Below are positions 60,835-64,000 of a stretch of DNA of 64,000 bases, one piece after another. The stretch lies in NCBI GenBank assembly GCA_963820525.1, contig CAWGAA010000003.1, positions 864,001 to 928,000 of the forward strand. Reading direction: 5' to 3'. The translations under genes and the position numbers were made by a program. The number at the start of each line of letters is the position of its first letter. Positions within the stretch are counted from its first letter, which is position 1. The notes beneath the pieces are model-generated. The model was given only the letters and a program-made list of their open reading frames with translations. It did no database searches and had not been told where the DNA came from. This DNA comes from an uncultured Spirochaetota bacterium (lineage in GTDB: Bacteria > Spirochaetota > Spirochaetia > SZUA-6 > Fen-1364).

Positions 60835-61717
60835 ATGAAGTTCGTCGATCTCACGATCCCCCTCGGCATCGGGACTCCCCCATGGCCCACGTATATCCCT
60901 CTCCAGGTGCAGTATTTCAAGCGGCAGGCGCCGAACGGCGCCAACGGGCAGGTGGTCACCCACTCCAACCACGTGGGGCACCCACCTCGACGGGGAGATC
61001 CACTTCTACACCCCGGGCAAGGACATCGCCAGCCTCTCCCTCGATTTCCTCGTCCACGAAGGCGCGGTGGTGGATCTCTCGGACTGCGCGGCGGACTACG
61101 ACGTGTACACCTCGCGTCAGGTCGAGGAGCGGGTCGAGGTGAGGGAGGGCGACATCCTCATCATCCACACCGGTTTCCATCACTACGGATGGGACCAGCC
61201 GACCGCGGACGAGGTCCGCTACATGGTGAAGCACCCGGGACCGGACCGCGAGTTCGCCGAGTGGGCGAAGCGGAAGAAGCTGCGGTGGATCGGGGTGGAC
61301 TGCGGGAGCGCGGACCATCCCATGAACACGAAGATCCGCGAGTGGATGCCCCGGGAGGCGGCGGAGTGCGACGCCCACTTCAAGAAGAGCTTCGGGAAGG
61401 GCTTGAAGGAGTTCTTCAGCGACGACAAGTACCAGCTCATGCACATCGAGATGTTCAACAAGGGCCTCATCCACGCGGAGTGCGTGGGAGGGGACATCGA
61501 TCTCCTCCTCAACACGCGTTGCACCGTGGGGTGCTTTCCCTGGCGCTTCGTGGACGGCGAGTCGTGCATTTCCCGGATCGTAGCCATGGTGGAGGATAGC
61601 CGCTACGAGGAGCTGATGAAGAAAAAGGCGAAGGCAAAGCTCACGAAGTTCGGGGACGTCGCCGGCGCCGAGAATCCCTGGCTTCACGACGAGGCGAAAA
61701 AACGCGGGAGAACCTAG
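60835..61717 (+). pseudogene. cyclase/kynurenine-formamidase family metallohydrolase, +1 frameshift in G-run near 60975-60978
   Basis: MKFVDLTIP..HSNHV then GTHLDGEIHF in another frame (HxGTHxD motif); ..IGVDCGSADHP. Confidence 0.8.
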
Positions 61718-61747
61718 CCTCGCGACATCAAAGGCACGGAGGGAATC

Positions 61748-62443
61748 ATGGCAATCGACGAGATGGAAAAAAAACTGCGGCCGCCCGAGCTCGAGATGAA
61801 GGGCTATCCGCCCAAGGTGATCACCCTGGCGAGCGGGCAGAAGATGGTGGTGCGCGAGGCCAAGAGAAGCGAGATCGGCGTTCTCCTGGGCTCGATCTAT
61901 CCCCTCCTGGGCGCGCCCAAGGATTTCTACGATCTGGTCGCCGCGCGGATCTATGGAGAGCTCCTCTCATGGTACCGTTACCGCGTGGTGAACGAGTTCG
62001 TTCTGGTGGGCGCCATTGACGGGGTCGTGGCCGGGATGGTAAACAGCAGGATGGTCGACGCGCGGATCGGCATGAGCTACCACACCATCGCGATCGAGCG
62101 GGGCCTGCGGGTCGGGGCGCAACTGTTCGCCGCGAAGATGGAGCACCACCTGGAGATACTGCAGCAGGAAGAGGTGTGGATCGTGGCGGAAAGCCCGATC
62201 GGGTTCAAGAGGTGGATGATCGAGTACGAGCTTGAAAACCGCGAAAGCCAATTTCCCGCGGTCCGCCACGAGCTGGGCGGAGTCCCCACCTACGTGTTGA
62301 CCCGCACGCTCTACGACGCGGTGAGGAGCCAGAAAGTGACCGGCACCCGCCCCGTGGATCCGGCCGTGCTCGCCACCGCCGACAAGCTGAAGCTGCCCGA
62401 GGAGTACCCGCAGCTTCCCGGCTACAAGAGGGAGAAATCATGA
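61748..62443 (+). CDS. N-acetyltransferase-like (GNAT) protein
   Basis: MVVREA, FVLVGAIDGVVAG, RGLRVGAQL (acetyl-CoA motif-like). Confidence 0.55.
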   Translation: MAIDEMEKKLRPPELEMKGYPPKVITLASGQKMVVREAKRSEIGVLLGSIYPLLGAPKDFYDLVAARIYGELLSWYRYRVVNEFVLVGAIDGVVAGMVNSRMVDARIGMSYHTIAIERGLRVGAQLFAAKMEHHLEILQQEEVWIVAESPIGFKRWMIEYELENRESQFPAVRHELGGVPTYVLTRTLYDAVRSQKVTGTRPVDPAVLATADKLKLPEEYPQLPGYKREKS

Positions 62444-63651
62444 GACGGGTGGCGATCGTCGGAATCGGCCACACCGTGTTCGGCAACTTGAGCGATTTCG
62501 ATCTCGTCGACGTGTTGAGCTTCGCCTCCGCCAACGCCCTGGAGGACGCAGGGATCCTCGAGGAGCGCGGGATCGTGGATCAGGTGATCGTGGCGAACAT
62601 GGGGGCGGGGATCCTCAACCACCAGACCGGGATCGCATCGTCCCTGGTGAGCAGGATGGGCATGGAGCCTGCCATGGCGGAGCTGGTGGAGAACGGCCCT
62701 GCCAGCGGCGCGAGCGCCGTGAAGATGGGATTCATGGCCGTGGCGAGCGGGATGGCAGATCTCGTCATGGTCACCGGCGGCGAGCTCATGCGGACGGTGA
62801 CGGGCTGGGAGGCCACGGACTTCGTCTCCACGCTCCTCCATCCCGAAGCCGAGTATCACCTCGGCCTCACGCTTCCGGCGTTCGGCGGTATGTTCACGCG
62901 CATGTACATGGAGCGCTACGGCGTCACCGAGCGGGAGCTGGCGATGATAGCCGTGAAGGACCACGACAACGGGGCGAAAAACCCCTTCGCGCACGTGAGG
63001 ATACCCGTGACCCTCGACGCGATCCACGACAACGAGAACGCGAACGTCGTGAACAACCCGGTGGCAGAGCCCCTCCGTCTCTACGGCATGTGTCCCGTGT
63101 CGGACGGGGCCGCCACGGTGATCCTCTGCGCCGTCGATTCTCCCAAGATGAAGCGCTTCACGAAAAAGCCGCCGATCTACGTCACGGGAATCGGATCCGC
63201 TACCGACACGCACTGCGTCCACAACCGAAAGGACCCGCTGACGCTCGACGCGGTGCGCCTTGCGGCCGAGCGCGCGTACACGATGGCACGGATTGGACCG
63301 AAGGACATCTCCTTCGCCGAGCTCCACGACGCATTCGTGATTCTCGAGCTTGCCATCGGCGAAGAGGTGGGCCTCTTCGAACGCGGGAAGGCCCGCGCGG
63401 CCCTCGTGGCCGGAGAGACGAGGCTCGAGGGAAGGATCCCCATCAACACATCCGGCGGCTTGAAGGCCAAGGGCCACCCCGTGGGCGCCACGGGCGTGTC
63501 CCAAGTCTTCGAACTCGCGAAGCAGCTCCGAGGCGACGCGAAGAAGGAAGAGAGGCAGGTGAAGGACCCACGGCACGGGCTCGCCGTCAATTTCGGCGGA
63601 TTCGGCAACAACGTGGTCGCGATCATCTGCTCGAAGGAGCCGACATGGTAG
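62440..63651 (+). CDS. SCP2-type thiolase-fold protein lacking the nucleophilic Cys
   Basis: VAIVGIGHT.FG, ENGPASG (usually ENACASG), CPVSDGA, ELHDAF, INTSGGLKAKGHPVGATG. Confidence 0.85.
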   Translation: MRRVAIVGIGHTVFGNLSDFDLVDVLSFASANALEDAGILEERGIVDQVIVANMGAGILNHQTGIASSLVSRMGMEPAMAELVENGPASGASAVKMGFMAVASGMADLVMVTGGELMRTVTGWEATDFVSTLLHPEAEYHLGLTLPAFGGMFTRMYMERYGVTERELAMIAVKDHDNGAKNPFAHVRIPVTLDAIHDNENANVVNNPVAEPLRLYGMCPVSDGAATVILCAVDSPKMKRFTKKPPIYVTGIGSATDTHCVHNRKDPLTLDAVRLAAERAYTMARIGPKDISFAELHDAFVILELAIGEEVGLFERGKARAALVAGETRLEGRIPINTSGGLKAKGHPVGATGVSQVFELAKQLRGDAKKEERQVKDPRHGLAVNFGGFGNNVVAIICSKEPTW

Positions 63652-64000
63652 ACTTCAGCATGTACGATCAGCCCGAGCCCGAGGTGCTCGCGAGCAAGTG
63701 CCCTTCGTGCGGAACCCTCTACTACCCGGCGCCGATGGTGTGCGGGAAGTGCAGCACGAGAAGGGATCCCTCGGGCGTGATCTTCTCCACGTGGGACACG
63801 GTGGGGATGGAAGGGAAGTGCAGGCTCCTCGCGTGGACGAGGGTGTATGCCCTCCCCGAGGGCTACGATGTGAAGTACCTCCTCTTCGGCATCGTGGAGC
63901 TCGAGAACGGCCTCCGCGCCAGCGGAAGGCTCCTGGTGGACGCGCCCGTCACAGGCATGGAGCTCGTCGCGAAACCGGGGTTGGTGAAAAAGAAGGGCGA
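63645..64000 (+). CDS. DUF35 Zn-ribbon/OB-fold protein (partial, runs off window)
   Basis: KCPSCGTLYYPAPMVCGKC..G.LLAWTRV..GIVELENG. Confidence 0.85.
   Translation, partial: MVDFSMYDQPEPEVLASKCPSCGTLYYPAPMVCGKCSTRRDPSGVIFSTWDTVGMEGKCRLLAWTRVYALPEGYDVKYLLFGIVELENGLRASGRLLVDAPVTGMELVAKPGLVKKKG

Noticed and set aside
1..64000. Integron integrase or attI
   Set aside because: No ORF with tyrosine recombinase motifs in the window
1..64000. tRNA, rRNA or riboswitch
   Set aside because: No recognisable cloverleaf, rRNA or riboswitch consensus by eye; an Rfam scan was not run

Overview
GC-rich bacterial accessory region, probably from an anaerobic Spirochaetota-like organism (inferred from gene content and attC style; taxonomy is not provable here). 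The first ~15 kb holds five long (~103-159 bp) integron attC sites with no integrase in the window (CALIN-like). Three cassettes can be delimited exactly by complementary ends: a DUF5343 + Swt1-like HEPN pair, a YdeI/DUF1801 gene and a flavin reductase gene. The main observation is that two divergent IS1182-family elements have each inserted at the same position of an attC site (immediately after the AAC of the R'' box). Both are in the same orientation and both duplicate AAC, suggesting an attC-targeting IS1182 lineage. The window also has a MalT-like STAND regulator with a tandem DUF4386 cluster, an IS5-like element carrying a DUF6788 passenger gene, and a TetR-controlled aldolase/aminotransferase/FGGY kinase operon. 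There are many gene fragments and attC remnants. At the right end is an uncharacterised N-heterocycle catabolic cluster (NCS2 permease, DUF2877, XDH-family molybdoenzyme, FdrA, DUF1116, cyclase, GNAT-like protein, Cys-less thiolase, DUF35). Family assignments are from motif recognition only; no database searches were run.
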